Of a stretch of DNA of 64,000 nt, positions 48,637-59,521 are shown piece after piece. Positions within the stretch are counted from its first letter, which is position 1. Every line of letters starts with the position of its first letter. Under the pieces are notes generated by a model. The model was not told the origin of the DNA. It searched no databases and saw only the letters and a list, made by a program, of their open reading frames with translations. The stretch is from a virus: positions 64,001-128,000 of IMG/VR virus record IMGVR_UViG_3300032401_000690. The stretch is one strand, 5' to 3'. The position numbers were made by a program, and so were the translations under genes.

Positions 48637-50475
48637 ATGGCAAATAAAAAAATATCTTATACGACTAGGGATTTCCAAGGGATAAGAACTGAGTTAATAA
48701 ATTTTACGAGAACTTATTATCCTGATTTAGTTCAAAACTTTAACGATGCTGGGGTATTCTCGGTATTATTAGATTTAAATGCTGCGGTGACGGATAACTT
48801 ACAATTTAATATTGATAGAAGTATTCAGGAAACTGTATTACAGTATGCGCAACAAAAATCGTCAATTTATAACATTGCAAGGACTTATGGTTTAAAGATT
48901 CCGGGATTAAGACCTTCTGTTGCTTTGGTTAACTTTTCCATTACGGTACCGGCTTTTGGTGATAGAGAAGATTTAAGATATTGTGGTATATTAAGACGAG
49001 GATCTCAAGTAAATGGAGCGGGACAACCATTTGAAACGGTTTATGATATTGATTTTTCTTCTGCGGTAAATGCTGAAGGGTCGCCAAACAGATTAAAAAT
49101 ACCTAATTTTGATGCTACTGGTAAGTTATTAAATTATACGATTACAAAAAGGGAAGTTGTTGTTAATGGATCAACAAAGGTTTTTAAACGTGTTATTACA
49201 CCGAATGATGTTAAACCATTCTTTGAATTATTTTTACCTGAGAAAAATGTGTTAGGAATCACAAGTGTCTTACTTAAAGATGGGACACAATATACAAGTA
49301 CACCACAACCTCAAGAGTTTTTAGGGTTGGCTGATAGATGGTATGAAGTCCAAGCGTTGGTTGAGGATAGAGTGTTTGTTGAGGATCCTACAAAAGTTTC
49401 GGATCAACCGGGAATTAAGGTTGGTAGTTATATACAAACAATTGATAAGTTTATTAGTGAATATACACCTGAAGGTTTCTTAAAAATGACTTTTGGTGGT
49501 GGTAATGTTTCTGCTGACGAACAATTACGAGAATTTGCTAGAGATGGTTATCCACTTGATCTTAGTAAGTATATTAATAATTTGGCTTTAGGTTCTTCAC
49601 TTAAGTCAAACTCAACATTGTTTATACAATATAGAGTTGGTGGTGGTCAAGCAACCAATTTGGGGGTTAATATTATTAATCAGATTGGAACTGTTTCATT
49701 CTTTGTTAATGGTCCGTCTGAGTCTATTAATACTACTGTTGTTAATTCATTAAGATGTAATAACGTAACTGCGGCGATTGGTGGGGCAAATGCTCCTACC
49801 ACAGAGGAAGTAAGACAATATGTGACATATAACTTTGCTGCACAGAATAGAGCCGTTACAGTTAATGATTATGAATCTATATTACGTAATATGCCTTCAC
49901 AATATGGGGCACCTGGTAAAGTATCGGTAACTGAAGAAAATAATAAGATTAAAGTTAAGATGTTATCATATGATTCAAATGGTAAATTAACTGAGGTTAT
50001 ATCAAACACACTTAAGAATAATGTTGCAAATTATTTATCAAACTATAGAATGATAAACGATTATATCTCAGTTGAAACTGCAAATGTTATTGACTTGGGA
50101 GTAACGATTGATGTTGTTTTGGATGCAAGTCAAAACCAAGGTGCGGTTATTACAAAAATAATTGATATTGTAACAACTTATTTTAGTCCTTTACAGAGAC
50201 AGATGGGACAGAATGTTTATGTGTCGGAAATTAGACGATTAATTCAAAGTGAGAATGGTGTTATAAGTATTTCAGATATGCAATTCTTTAATAAAGTTGG
50301 TGGTCAATACTCTTCATCACAGACATCTCAACCATATTCGGATGTTGCAACAAAACAAATAGGGTTAATTGCTGATACCATATTTGCTGAACCAACACAG
50401 ATTTACCAAGTTAAACTACCGAATAAGGACATTAATGTTAGGGTTTTGAACTTTTCTACGGTCAATTTCTCTTGA
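48637..50475 (+). CDS. Baseplate wedge protein gp6/J-like
   Basis: YTTRDF..IR, SIYNIAR..G, QYRVGGG, GGA...EEVR, QNRAVT..DY. Confidence 0.9.
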   Translation: MANKKISYTTRDFQGIRTELINFTRTYYPDLVQNFNDAGVFSVLLDLNAAVTDNLQFNIDRSIQETVLQYAQQKSSIYNIARTYGLKIPGLRPSVALVNFSITVPAFGDREDLRYCGILRRGSQVNGAGQPFETVYDIDFSSAVNAEGSPNRLKIPNFDATGKLLNYTITKREVVVNGSTKVFKRVITPNDVKPFFELFLPEKNVLGITSVLLKDGTQYTSTPQPQEFLGLADRWYEVQALVEDRVFVEDPTKVSDQPGIKVGSYIQTIDKFISEYTPEGFLKMTFGGGNVSADEQLREFARDGYPLDLSKYINNLALGSSLKSNSTLFIQYRVGGGQATNLGVNIINQIGTVSFFVNGPSESINTTVVNSLRCNNVTAAIGGANAPTTEEVRQYVTYNFAAQNRAVTVNDYESILRNMPSQYGAPGKVSVTEENNKIKVKMLSYDSNGKLTEVISNTLKNNVANYLSNYRMINDYISVETANVIDLGVTIDVVLDASQNQGAVITKIIDIVTTYFSPLQRQMGQNVYVSEIRRLIQSENGVISISDMQFFNKVGGQYSSSQTSQPYSDVATKQIGLIADTIFAEPTQIYQVKLPNKDINVRVLNFSTVNFS

Positions 50476-50549
50476 TGATTTATTTTTGAGATAAAAGAAT
50501 TATTTTTTGAAAATAGGAAATAAACTATTTATCAAAAAAAGAATTATTA

Positions 50550-53500
50550 ATGCCAAAATCATATAGAATAAGGACTCAACCTGGCGTTGACAAATCAATA
50601 CAAATTAAATTAGATCAGGATTTTGAATTCTTGGAGATCTTATCTCTAAAGATACTTCAAAGTGACATCTATACTCGTTTGTGCTCCGATTATGGGGTGG
50701 TTGTTGGTAGAGTTTTAACGAATGGTGGAACTGGACTACCAAATGCGAAAGTATCGGTATTCATCCCAATAAGTGAGGTGGATCAACAAAATCCAATTAT
50801 TTCCGAATTATATCCTTATACATCTTTAGAAGATTTAAATGTTGATGGGTATAGATATAACTTATTACCATATAAACCATCATATACAGGTCATGCAGCA
50901 ACAGGGACATTCCCTGAGAGAGATGATATTTTAACTGATTTTTCATTGGTTGAGGTTTATAACAATTATTATAAATTTACAACCAAAACAAATGAGAGTG
51001 GTGATTATATGATATTTGGTGTTCCAACAGGGAGTCAGACCATTGTTATGGATGTTGATCTTTCGGATATTGGGTGTTTTTCATTGACACCACAAGATTT
51101 GATTAATTCTGGAGTTGCGGGAGAAGGACAGTTTGATGGAAACAAATTTAAAACCTCAAGTAACCTTCGTGAGTTACCACAAATTATTAATTTAAATAAA
51201 ATTGTTGAAGTCCAACCATTATGGGGGGAACCTGAAGTTTGTTTGTTGGGAATTACAAGAGTTGATTTTGATTTAACTGCATCGTCAAACATTAATATCC
51301 AACCAACCTCAGTTTTTATGGGGTCTGTAATTTCAACTGCTAATGAAGATTCTCTTAAGAAAAGTTGTAAACCAAAATTAAACACGGGTAATATGTGTGA
51401 TTTGGTTGCTGGTCCCGGACAAATATTGGCAATCAGACAAACAATTAATGTTGATGCGAATGGTGATCCGGTTCTTGAAACTTATAAGATAGAACAAGAT
51501 GGTAAGATAATTGACGGTGATGGTACGTGGTTAATAAACTTACCAATGAACTTGGATTATATTACAACGAATGAATTCGGGGAACAAGTTATCTCTAATA
51601 ACCCTAAAATAGGTATTCCGACAAAGGCAAAATATAGATTTAAAGTTAAGTGGCAAAACGAACAAGGATTACAAAATAACTTTATGAGGGGTAATTACTT
51701 AATACCTAATGTAAAAGAACATGGGTGGGATAGTACTAACCCAGATTATGATCCATTTGACCCAACACTTGGTAGTGTATATGGGTTGGATATTCTTGTT
51801 GGATCAACACAAATGTCACAAATATTTCCTAAAGGTGGTTTAATATATAATAGTAGTGTTAATTCTAATGATTTAAGTATTTTAATTGGTGGTGTTCCGT
51901 ATTATGGTAGTTTAGATAGTATACCTCTAACTGGGTCAACAAATATTGTAACGTTAATATCAAATGCTATTGATGTGACTCAACAACAAACATTTTATTT
52001 TACTTTTTTACAGGATCCATATTTTACGGTATTAAAATCGTATGCGTTTAGTTTAGATTGGGATGATTATTACGATAAGGTATCAGCAATTAATTGTGAG
52101 GATACTTTTTATGAGTTTAATTATAATAAAGTTTATACTATTGCATCATTTATTGATAGATATAAAAATGGTAGAAATAGGGCGAGACATCTTGGGATTA
52201 AAGAAATAACTGATAGGTCTTGTCAGAGTGAGAATAATAAAATGCCTGTAAATGATGTTGTTAGAAATTTTGATTTTTTATTTTTCTTATTTTCATTATT
52301 AATTGCAATTTTATCCCCAGTACTTGCGATTGTTATAGTCTTTAATCACATATTGGCTTGGATATATCCTATTATTGTTAAAATAAATAACTTTATTATT
52401 AAAATTGTTAATGGTTTAATTTATGATTTATGTAAAGGGTTAAATGCTCTTAGGACTGCGGCAAATAAGAAAGAATGTAAGAAAGATGCTTTGGAATATA
52501 TGTCCGATGAAAATCCATTTAAACGATTATCATTACCTATGTTAACGTATCCCGATTGTGAAGCTTGTAGTTGTGATGATAAAGGTTTGGTAACGGAAAA
52601 TAGTGTTGCTGATGGTTTAAATGCCGCGGCTTTAAGTGTTAATTTATCGTTATTATCTGATTTGGGGTCAATAGAAAGTTATAGTTCTTTCACACTTGAT
52701 ACTGCGTTAGATCCTTGTACTGGTTTGCCATTTCCTAACCCACCTGATCAAACGGATTGGGATCAAGGAGTACAACAAATATTTGCGGGAACTTCAAATC
52801 CTGCTCAAGTTTATTATAAAGTACCTATTTGGGAAGAGGTAGGACCTAACGGAGTGACTCCTACTTCAGGTCAATTTTTTAAAAGATTTGGTGATGGTAT
52901 GACACTTGGTCAGTCTATGAATATGGCTAATTTAAGAGCAAGATATTCTGATGCGACCGCTAGAAATAGAATTACAATAACTCCTAACCCATTATTAGGT
53001 GGTGATTCATATAAAGATTTATCTATGATTATATTAGTTGATGCGGGAACTACCGCACAATTAACTGGTAATTTAATAACATTTAATGATCCAGAACTTA
53101 ATTCTGACCCAAATACTACGGGAGGAACTGAAAATCAGTTTGGTGGTAATGGGATTACAGGTATAACATTGGGAACTAGTACATATACGGTACCTTTAAT
53201 TTATATGGATGATTCGGGTGTTAATATAACATCAAATATAAAAGTTGTTAGTAGTGAAAGTGAAAAAGAATACTTATATAAGTCGGGGTTAGAATATTTT
53301 CAAGTAATTACTGGATATACGTGGGATCAACTTACAATACCAGGTCCATTACAACCAATAGGTAGTTATGTTGGTAGTTCAGTAATAAATTCGGGGGTTT
53401 TATATAAATATTTTTTACAAAATGAAATAAGTTATGTTAGTGCTTTAGCAGGATCACACTCTCCACCTTGGTATTGGTTTAATAGTTATCAACAACAAGA

Positions 53501-55781
53501 AATTTTAATTTTAGTAAGAGGTGTTGATCCATATACTGAAAAACAAGAAATAAAATATGATTTATCAGAATTATTTGGGCAACCATTAAATACCCTAACA
53601 GTGACTGGTGAATATTATTTAAATATACCAATACAACAGAATGATGGTGGGTTATATAGTTATGATCAAAAAACACCACAAACCCATGCAAATGCCAATA
53701 GTAACTCTAACACATTTTTATTTCACAAACCAATTGGGTTTACTGTGGATCCATTGGCGTTTACCGGATTCACCACCAATTCACCACAATATTATACATC
53801 AACAGATAGGTCTACTTTAAACTATATACACGGATCATATGATTCAGTCACTATGTCAGGTTGGATAGATATTGATGGTAGAATTACAGATGGTAATACT
53901 CAATTACAAAATTTTAGATGGAAAAGTACTGTTGGTCCATCTGGTGCAATAATTTTAAATGAATATATTGGAAGAGTTGATGGTGGATCATTCACAGTAA
54001 CAAATGGTAATCAATATTCTTGTTATGATGGGGGACTTGGAATTTTAGCCCTGTCTGGGTACCCACTATTTACACCACTTAGTCCGTTAGCGAGATGTTA
54101 CGCACCTGCTTATAGTGTCAATGCGAACGGTAATACACCATTAATGACAAACATGAATTCAAGTGAATATTTAATATTTAGATCTGATAGGTTACCAACA
54201 TCAGATCAAACGGATACGCTTGGTTATAATTCATTCCCATTACATCAAAATAATAATTTTTCATTTTACACCATATCACCTGAAGGTGGTGTTGTTAATT
54301 ATAATATTTCTGCGGGTGGTGTTGCAGGTTTTAATGATTTGGATGCTATTGGTGATTTAGGGACGGGTAATACTGCAAATTTGGTTAATACCTTCAGTTG
54401 TGAAGGTATGGTACCATTAGGTTGTTATTCAGGTGTGGGAACTAACTTTGGTATTGAGGATCCTTGTACTGATAATCAAACGGGTAAAAACGGACAAAAT
54501 CAAAGAGTTTATAATGGGTGTTATTATTTTGTTGATGATAAACTAATTAAAACAATTAAGGATGATTTAAAATTCCTTGCAGAATGGAGAACAAGATTTA
54601 GAATTATATTTGCTGCGTGTAGAGGGGTTTTCGGACATATGTTTCAAAACAATTGGATTAATGGTGTGTTATATATGCCATCATTTAATAAACAAACAAG
54701 ATATAATATTGTTGGAATACCTAGTTATAAATATTGTAAGGATGTTGTGGTATTTAACGATATTAGTAATAATTTCTACTATAGAAGTTCTCCATACGCT
54801 GACGATATTGGTCAATTTATTGGAGCTCCAAGACCAACCGCATCAAACTTACTAAATATTTCATTTGCGGGGGATGATGAGTCTGCAAATAAAAGACAAA
54901 TTCTATTCCCAACAACAATTATGGATTTGGGTAATAGGGATGAGTTTATTGCTGAAGTATGTGGTGATCCTGATTTTTCTAGTAGATATCTTGGGAATTC
55001 ATTTAAAAGTACATCTTATCAAGATAGTTCAGATTTATTACAAATGGCAATTATTTCTAGAATTGTAAACTCAACATTTTTACAACAAGTATTGTCGGTA
55101 CAAGAAGGTGGTATTGAACAATTTTTTAGTAGAGAAGGGGATAGAATTGATGGTGATATTGCACAATCATTCTCAATTAATTCAGAATATCAGGTAACTC
55201 CATTTATTGGGGGTAACTATGATGATAATTATGTGTTTATTGGTGGTGATAATAGTAATGAACCTGTGTTTGGTATCTTCTACGTTAGTGATGAGAATGA
55301 GTATAAAAATAGGAGAGGATTATCTCCTGGTATTAATATTTACAGTTTTAGTACCGCACCTCCGCTACAAACTTTTTATGGTTATCCGAACACACAAGAA
55401 GTTCCATTATATAAGTGGCAAATATCACCTAATAACACAATATTTGGTGATCAAACAAATGAGTGGATGACTAATAATACTGGTAACCTTACCGGTAATG
55501 GTTTCTATAGTCAAAAATATCAAAGTTTGGATGTGGTTAATGATGATTATTTTAAGACATCATTAATGTCTACAACATATCCGAACATTTATTATGGATA
55601 TATAACAAATTTTGATTCAACACCGTCACCAGTAACACCACAACCATACGTGAATATATCACCAATAGTTGCAAATCCTGTTGTTGTGGGAGCTCCAAAT
55701 TATTTTTATTTTGGTTTAAAAAATGGTAAAACCGCATTAAATAGGTTTATAAAAATATATATAGATACAACCGCAGAATAA
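50550..55781 (+). CDS. Large virion/baseplate-associated protein with an internal hydrophobic segment
   Basis: 1743 aa. N-terminal transthyretin/carboxypeptidase-regulatory-like beta domain (GRV...LPNAKVS...TNESGDY). Context within the baseplate module. Confidence 0.5.
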   Translation: MPKSYRIRTQPGVDKSIQIKLDQDFEFLEILSLKILQSDIYTRLCSDYGVVVGRVLTNGGTGLPNAKVSVFIPISEVDQQNPIISELYPYTSLEDLNVDGYRYNLLPYKPSYTGHAATGTFPERDDILTDFSLVEVYNNYYKFTTKTNESGDYMIFGVPTGSQTIVMDVDLSDIGCFSLTPQDLINSGVAGEGQFDGNKFKTSSNLRELPQIINLNKIVEVQPLWGEPEVCLLGITRVDFDLTASSNINIQPTSVFMGSVISTANEDSLKKSCKPKLNTGNMCDLVAGPGQILAIRQTINVDANGDPVLETYKIEQDGKIIDGDGTWLINLPMNLDYITTNEFGEQVISNNPKIGIPTKAKYRFKVKWQNEQGLQNNFMRGNYLIPNVKEHGWDSTNPDYDPFDPTLGSVYGLDILVGSTQMSQIFPKGGLIYNSSVNSNDLSILIGGVPYYGSLDSIPLTGSTNIVTLISNAIDVTQQQTFYFTFLQDPYFTVLKSYAFSLDWDDYYDKVSAINCEDTFYEFNYNKVYTIASFIDRYKNGRNRARHLGIKEITDRSCQSENNKMPVNDVVRNFDFLFFLFSLLIAILSPVLAIVIVFNHILAWIYPIIVKINNFIIKIVNGLIYDLCKGLNALRTAANKKECKKDALEYMSDENPFKRLSLPMLTYPDCEACSCDDKGLVTENSVADGLNAAALSVNLSLLSDLGSIESYSSFTLDTALDPCTGLPFPNPPDQTDWDQGVQQIFAGTSNPAQVYYKVPIWEEVGPNGVTPTSGQFFKRFGDGMTLGQSMNMANLRARYSDATARNRITITPNPLLGGDSYKDLSMIILVDAGTTAQLTGNLITFNDPELNSDPNTTGGTENQFGGNGITGITLGTSTYTVPLIYMDDSGVNITSNIKVVSSESEKEYLYKSGLEYFQVITGYTWDQLTIPGPLQPIGSYVGSSVINSGVLYKYFLQNEISYVSALAGSHSPPWYWFNSYQQQEILILVRGVDPYTEKQEIKYDLSELFGQPLNTLTVTGEYYLNIPIQQNDGGLYSYDQKTPQTHANANSNSNTFLFHKPIGFTVDPLAFTGFTTNSPQYYTSTDRSTLNYIHGSYDSVTMSGWIDIDGRITDGNTQLQNFRWKSTVGPSGAIILNEYIGRVDGGSFTVTNGNQYSCYDGGLGILALSGYPLFTPLSPLARCYAPAYSVNANGNTPLMTNMNSSEYLIFRSDRLPTSDQTDTLGYNSFPLHQNNNFSFYTISPEGGVVNYNISAGGVAGFNDLDAIGDLGTGNTANLVNTFSCEGMVPLGCYSGVGTNFGIEDPCTDNQTGKNGQNQRVYNGCYYFVDDKLIKTIKDDLKFLAEWRTRFRIIFAACRGVFGHMFQNNWINGVLYMPSFNKQTRYNIVGIPSYKYCKDVVVFNDISNNFYYRSSPYADDIGQFIGAPRPTASNLLNISFAGDDESANKRQILFPTTIMDLGNRDEFIAEVCGDPDFSSRYLGNSFKSTSYQDSSDLLQMAIISRIVNSTFLQQVLSVQEGGIEQFFSREGDRIDGDIAQSFSINSEYQVTPFIGGNYDDNYVFIGGDNSNEPVFGIFYVSDENEYKNRRGLSPGINIYSFSTAPPLQTFYGYPNTQEVPLYKWQISPNNTIFGDQTNEWMTNNTGNLTGNGFYSQKYQSLDVVNDDYFKTSLMSTTYPNIYYGYITNFDSTPSPVTPQPYVNISPIVANPVVVGAPNYFYFGLKNGKTALNRFIKIYIDTTAE

Positions 55782-57523
55782 TGGGAATTGATAACAGTAC
55801 AAACATAGTATTAGGGTCTTTGAGATATAAAACATCTCCAAACGTCTCTATGTTTGTAAATGTCCCTATGGAACAAACGCAAAAAGAATTAATTGAGTTT
55901 GATAGGAGTGTTGATTTGAACTTACAACAAGTATTTCTTGATGAAAGAGAGGGATCTAATATTTTTAGACCCGTAACTAAATTCACTTATATTTTTAAAA
56001 ATCAATATGATGGGTTGGCAATATATCCACCATTTAGGAATAATTTATATTATACTGACGCTATTAACAATGCGATTAGTGCAACAACAAATCCGTCATT
56101 ACCTTGGCAAGGATATCCCCAATATTTTGAGTTTGATTTTATTCGTAACGACAATAATAATGTTGGGTATACTCAACCACCTAATAATCACTTAACGTTT
56201 GTTAATAAGAGTGCAAGTACGTATAATTGGACTCATTATATGAGTTATGCGTATGATAATGTGTATGACCGACAAATGGTGGCTATAGATCAAGAAACTT
56301 TGGCTAGTTGGTCTTGGGTTGCGTCTGATGGGTTACCATTTATAATAAAAGTGGGTAATGATAATAAGAAAAGGGTAATATCTTTTAGATGTGTTATGCC
56401 TCACGGATTATCGGTTGGTGATTCGGTTTATTTATCGTTTGATTATAATGGAGAATACTTTTTCCAAGTTAGTAGTTTGGGTGATGTTGGTTTTGGGAGT
56501 GAGGAATTTATTTTTAACATTTCAAATGTTGGATATACGGGAACTACGTTTAATCAGGGTGTTACTGGAATTTTTAAAAGACTTATTAGTAAGGCGAATT
56601 CGGGTGAAACAATGTCAACATATTATGTTAGAAGAAATAAGATTTTAACAAATGTTAATGATTCTCAACTAATTAAGGCTGGTTTTGAGCAAAATATTTT
56701 TAATTCTAAAATAAAATCTGAACCTGCGGTATTAACACCGAATAATTTGGCGAGAACATCTATTAAAGAGGGTAGTCAAGCCTATACTCTATCATTTAAC
56801 GATGACATTGATATTACGGAATTGATTGATAATCAAAAAAGACCATTATCTGAATTATTTTTCACAACAATATGGAAAGGTTATTTTGGTTGGACAAACC
56901 CATTAAAAAAGGGGTATGAGTTTAATTTACCACTTTATAATAATATTCCAAGTCCTTGGTGGAATGTTGCAAATGTAAATTCAGATTCTGGAATACCAAC
57001 GGGAACATATAATAGTCAAACTATACCACCACAAGGGCCTTTTACTTATCAACAAGATCTAAATATTGGGGACATTGTTGATGGTGATTATTGTGAATAT
57101 AATGGGTATGATCAAACAGAAAGAGTTATTTCAAACTTAAAACATAAATTTACCTTTAATAATTTATTTTTTACTTTGGATACTATTGCCCCACAGAATA
57201 ATCAATTTGGGTATTATTATAGACCACATAATCCGATTGTTATAAGAAGATTTTCGGATTATATTGAGGAGGGAAGTGCAACTAATGTTGTAGGGATACC
57301 TAATTATGCATTTTATTCTAACTTATCTAATAGTTTTAGGTGGAGAGATTTATATCCTTATGGGTTTATTGATGCCGATGGAATTGGTGTTGATTATCCA
57401 TTTATGAATGGAAAACAATATCCATTTGTTAATACGATATTTAGGTTGATACCTGAAGGTACGAAAACTGCAAATCAATACATAAACGAAATTGTTGAAC
57501 CTGTTATAGATGAGTGTGAATAA
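55781..57523 (+). CDS. Hypothetical virion protein
   Basis: Translationally coupled ORF within the baseplate operon. Confidence 0.55.
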   Translation: MGIDNSTNIVLGSLRYKTSPNVSMFVNVPMEQTQKELIEFDRSVDLNLQQVFLDEREGSNIFRPVTKFTYIFKNQYDGLAIYPPFRNNLYYTDAINNAISATTNPSLPWQGYPQYFEFDFIRNDNNNVGYTQPPNNHLTFVNKSASTYNWTHYMSYAYDNVYDRQMVAIDQETLASWSWVASDGLPFIIKVGNDNKKRVISFRCVMPHGLSVGDSVYLSFDYNGEYFFQVSSLGDVGFGSEEFIFNISNVGYTGTTFNQGVTGIFKRLISKANSGETMSTYYVRRNKILTNVNDSQLIKAGFEQNIFNSKIKSEPAVLTPNNLARTSIKEGSQAYTLSFNDDIDITELIDNQKRPLSELFFTTIWKGYFGWTNPLKKGYEFNLPLYNNIPSPWWNVANVNSDSGIPTGTYNSQTIPPQGPFTYQQDLNIGDIVDGDYCEYNGYDQTERVISNLKHKFTFNNLFFTLDTIAPQNNQFGYYYRPHNPIVIRRFSDYIEEGSATNVVGIPNYAFYSNLSNSFRWRDLYPYGFIDADGIGVDYPFMNGKQYPFVNTIFRLIPEGTKTANQYINEIVEPVIDECE

Positions 57524-58328
57524 ATATAAAATAGTAAGACCAACTACTGATCAACATATTGATATACCAATTGAAATTAAATGGGATTTTTCTGGTAGGG
57601 ATGATAGTATTGATGATTATCAAGAAAAGATGGTTAAAGAGGTTACAGGATCTGCTAATGATTTTGAAATTGATAGATTTACACATAACGAATATACTGA
57701 AATTGGTGTTGATAAAACTTCCATTAATTATGAGTTTAATTTTTATGGTGGTGTTCCGGCAAATGTTACATCATCAACAATAACTGATTGGGTTAATTCA
57801 TATATTACTGAGGGATTTACAAGTAATGAAATTTATTATTATGAACCCCAATTTACAAAATCGTTCTTCAAGTTAGATTTTTATGACACAAAGGATTTAA
57901 AAACACAAAAAAACTATTTTACAATAATATTACCGGTACAACAGGGATTTTTTGAACTTGCATCAATATCTCAATTAATACCTGATGTTTATATTAGAAA
58001 ACCACAATTTAGGTTGGATTATATTGGAGATAAAGAAGGGTTTTACATTTATTGGTTACGAAAAAAAGATTATATAGACATTAACGAATTTTTTATGTCT
58101 GCAAAATTCTTTGATGCAAAACTTGGGGTATATGTTAAAATGACAAATGTACCACAATCAACAATTAATAACCCATTCACATTTAATGGTGATAATTATT
58201 TTTATTATCAGGTTAATTTGGATTATACAACAAAAACCTATGAGGCATATACAACTTCAAACTTAGTTCAAAGAGTTGGAACCGATAGTTTACCAATAAA
58301 ATGGTATGAATATGTAAACCCTGAATAA
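57510..58328 (+). CDS. Hypothetical virion protein
   Basis: Overlapping ORF in the same operon. Confidence 0.55.
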   Translation: MSVNKYKIVRPTTDQHIDIPIEIKWDFSGRDDSIDDYQEKMVKEVTGSANDFEIDRFTHNEYTEIGVDKTSINYEFNFYGGVPANVTSSTITDWVNSYITEGFTSNEIYYYEPQFTKSFFKLDFYDTKDLKTQKNYFTIILPVQQGFFELASISQLIPDVYIRKPQFRLDYIGDKEGFYIYWLRKKDYIDINEFFMSAKFFDAKLGVYVKMTNVPQSTINNPFTFNGDNYFYYQVNLDYTTKTYEAYTTSNLVQRVGTDSLPIKWYEYVNPE

Positions 58329-58329
58329 T

Positions 58330-59502
58330 ATGGAAGAACAAAAGTATTATTTTACAGTATCTCCTGAGAATATAATTGGGGATCTTCTTACCGTAAATTG
58401 GACGGGTGGGACTGATATTGCTTATAATGTGGATCCTTGTTGTCCAATAACAGGGATAACAGAAACAACGACAACGGGAACTGTTGGTGTTTATACTGGG
58501 ATGACATATGTGTTATCGGGTGGAACAAATGGTGAATCATTATTAACGGGACTTACAATTCCAATAATGATAACACAAACTGCGGTTGATATTGGTTATT
58601 ATTCGGTTTTTGATGGGGCAATAATCCAAAAAGATGTTATTACAAATTTCTTATTTTCAGCAACAACTGGAAGTCCATATACCTATTATTTTTATAACAC
58701 TTCAGATGTTGAATTAAAAAAGTTTCTTGAGGTGACAACCTTTAAAGTTGATTGGGGGGATTTAACAACAATAGAGACAATTACAGGTGTTGCGCCATTA
58801 TCACATAATTACCCATTAGGTAATAATCAATATGTTATTACGATGACGGCAACATCACCTTGGGGCATATCAACAATATCAAAGACAATAACCGTTCCAT
58901 TTACGAATGTCCCAATATTGAACCCATCGGGTAATGCAACATTCACTCCTGCGGGAGGTAGTTGGGCATCAACACAATTTAATTATAATTATATCTACCC
59001 ATATGATGAGGGGATGGACATAAACGATTACTATAGTTATAACTACGTTCCTGTCCCATTTATTGTCTCAGGATATACACAATCATCAATAAATGATTTG
59101 GCTCAATATGGTCCAAAATATACCTTAATTGATGGTAAATTTAAAGTTGGTGTTCAAGTTACTGGTACCTCAAATAGTGTTGGTACTTATTGGGGTCCAG
59201 ATCCAACAAACACGTATGTGTCATATACAATAGATGGTATTGATTATTATGATTATGAGGATGGAACAACATTATATGTTCTTCCCTCTTCAGGTTTCAC
59301 TCCTGATGACTTAATATTATCGGCAATAACTAAAAATGAGGCATTGTTAAATGTTATTGATCAACCCGAAGTCCAAACAGATGTATTCATTGAACGGGGT
59401 AAAAATTCGGCATTGGAACGAGTACAAAGACTTGGGGAAGTAGATAATGTTGGGGGCCTAATTAAGTACGGGTATGGATTTTTTAATGTTGAAAAACAAT
59501 AA
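58330..59502 (+). CDS. Hypothetical virion protein with a PKD-like domain
   Basis: VDWGD...SHNY...YVITMT PKD-like motif. Thr/Gly-rich. Confidence 0.55.
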   Translation: MEEQKYYFTVSPENIIGDLLTVNWTGGTDIAYNVDPCCPITGITETTTTGTVGVYTGMTYVLSGGTNGESLLTGLTIPIMITQTAVDIGYYSVFDGAIIQKDVITNFLFSATTGSPYTYYFYNTSDVELKKFLEVTTFKVDWGDLTTIETITGVAPLSHNYPLGNNQYVITMTATSPWGISTISKTITVPFTNVPILNPSGNATFTPAGGSWASTQFNYNYIYPYDEGMDINDYYSYNYVPVPFIVSGYTQSSINDLAQYGPKYTLIDGKFKVGVQVTGTSNSVGTYWGPDPTNTYVSYTIDGIDYYDYEDGTTLYVLPSSGFTPDDLILSAITKNEALLNVIDQPEVQTDVFIERGKNSALERVQRLGEVDNVGGLIKYGYGFFNVEKQ

Positions 59503-59521
59503 TTTTAAGTATTTATTGAAT

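Larger units (their letters stand above)
4328..59516. promoter_or_regulatory. Dispersed TATTTAT motif (putative phage late promoter), about 19 copies shortly upstream of starts
   Basis: Plus strand: 4328, 4787, 13960, 16735, 20668, 22282, 23216, 24765, 26621, 38663, 41637, 44028, 47376, 48160, 50526, 59510. Minus strand: 9627-9633, 12135-12141, 16692-16698. Confidence 0.65.
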
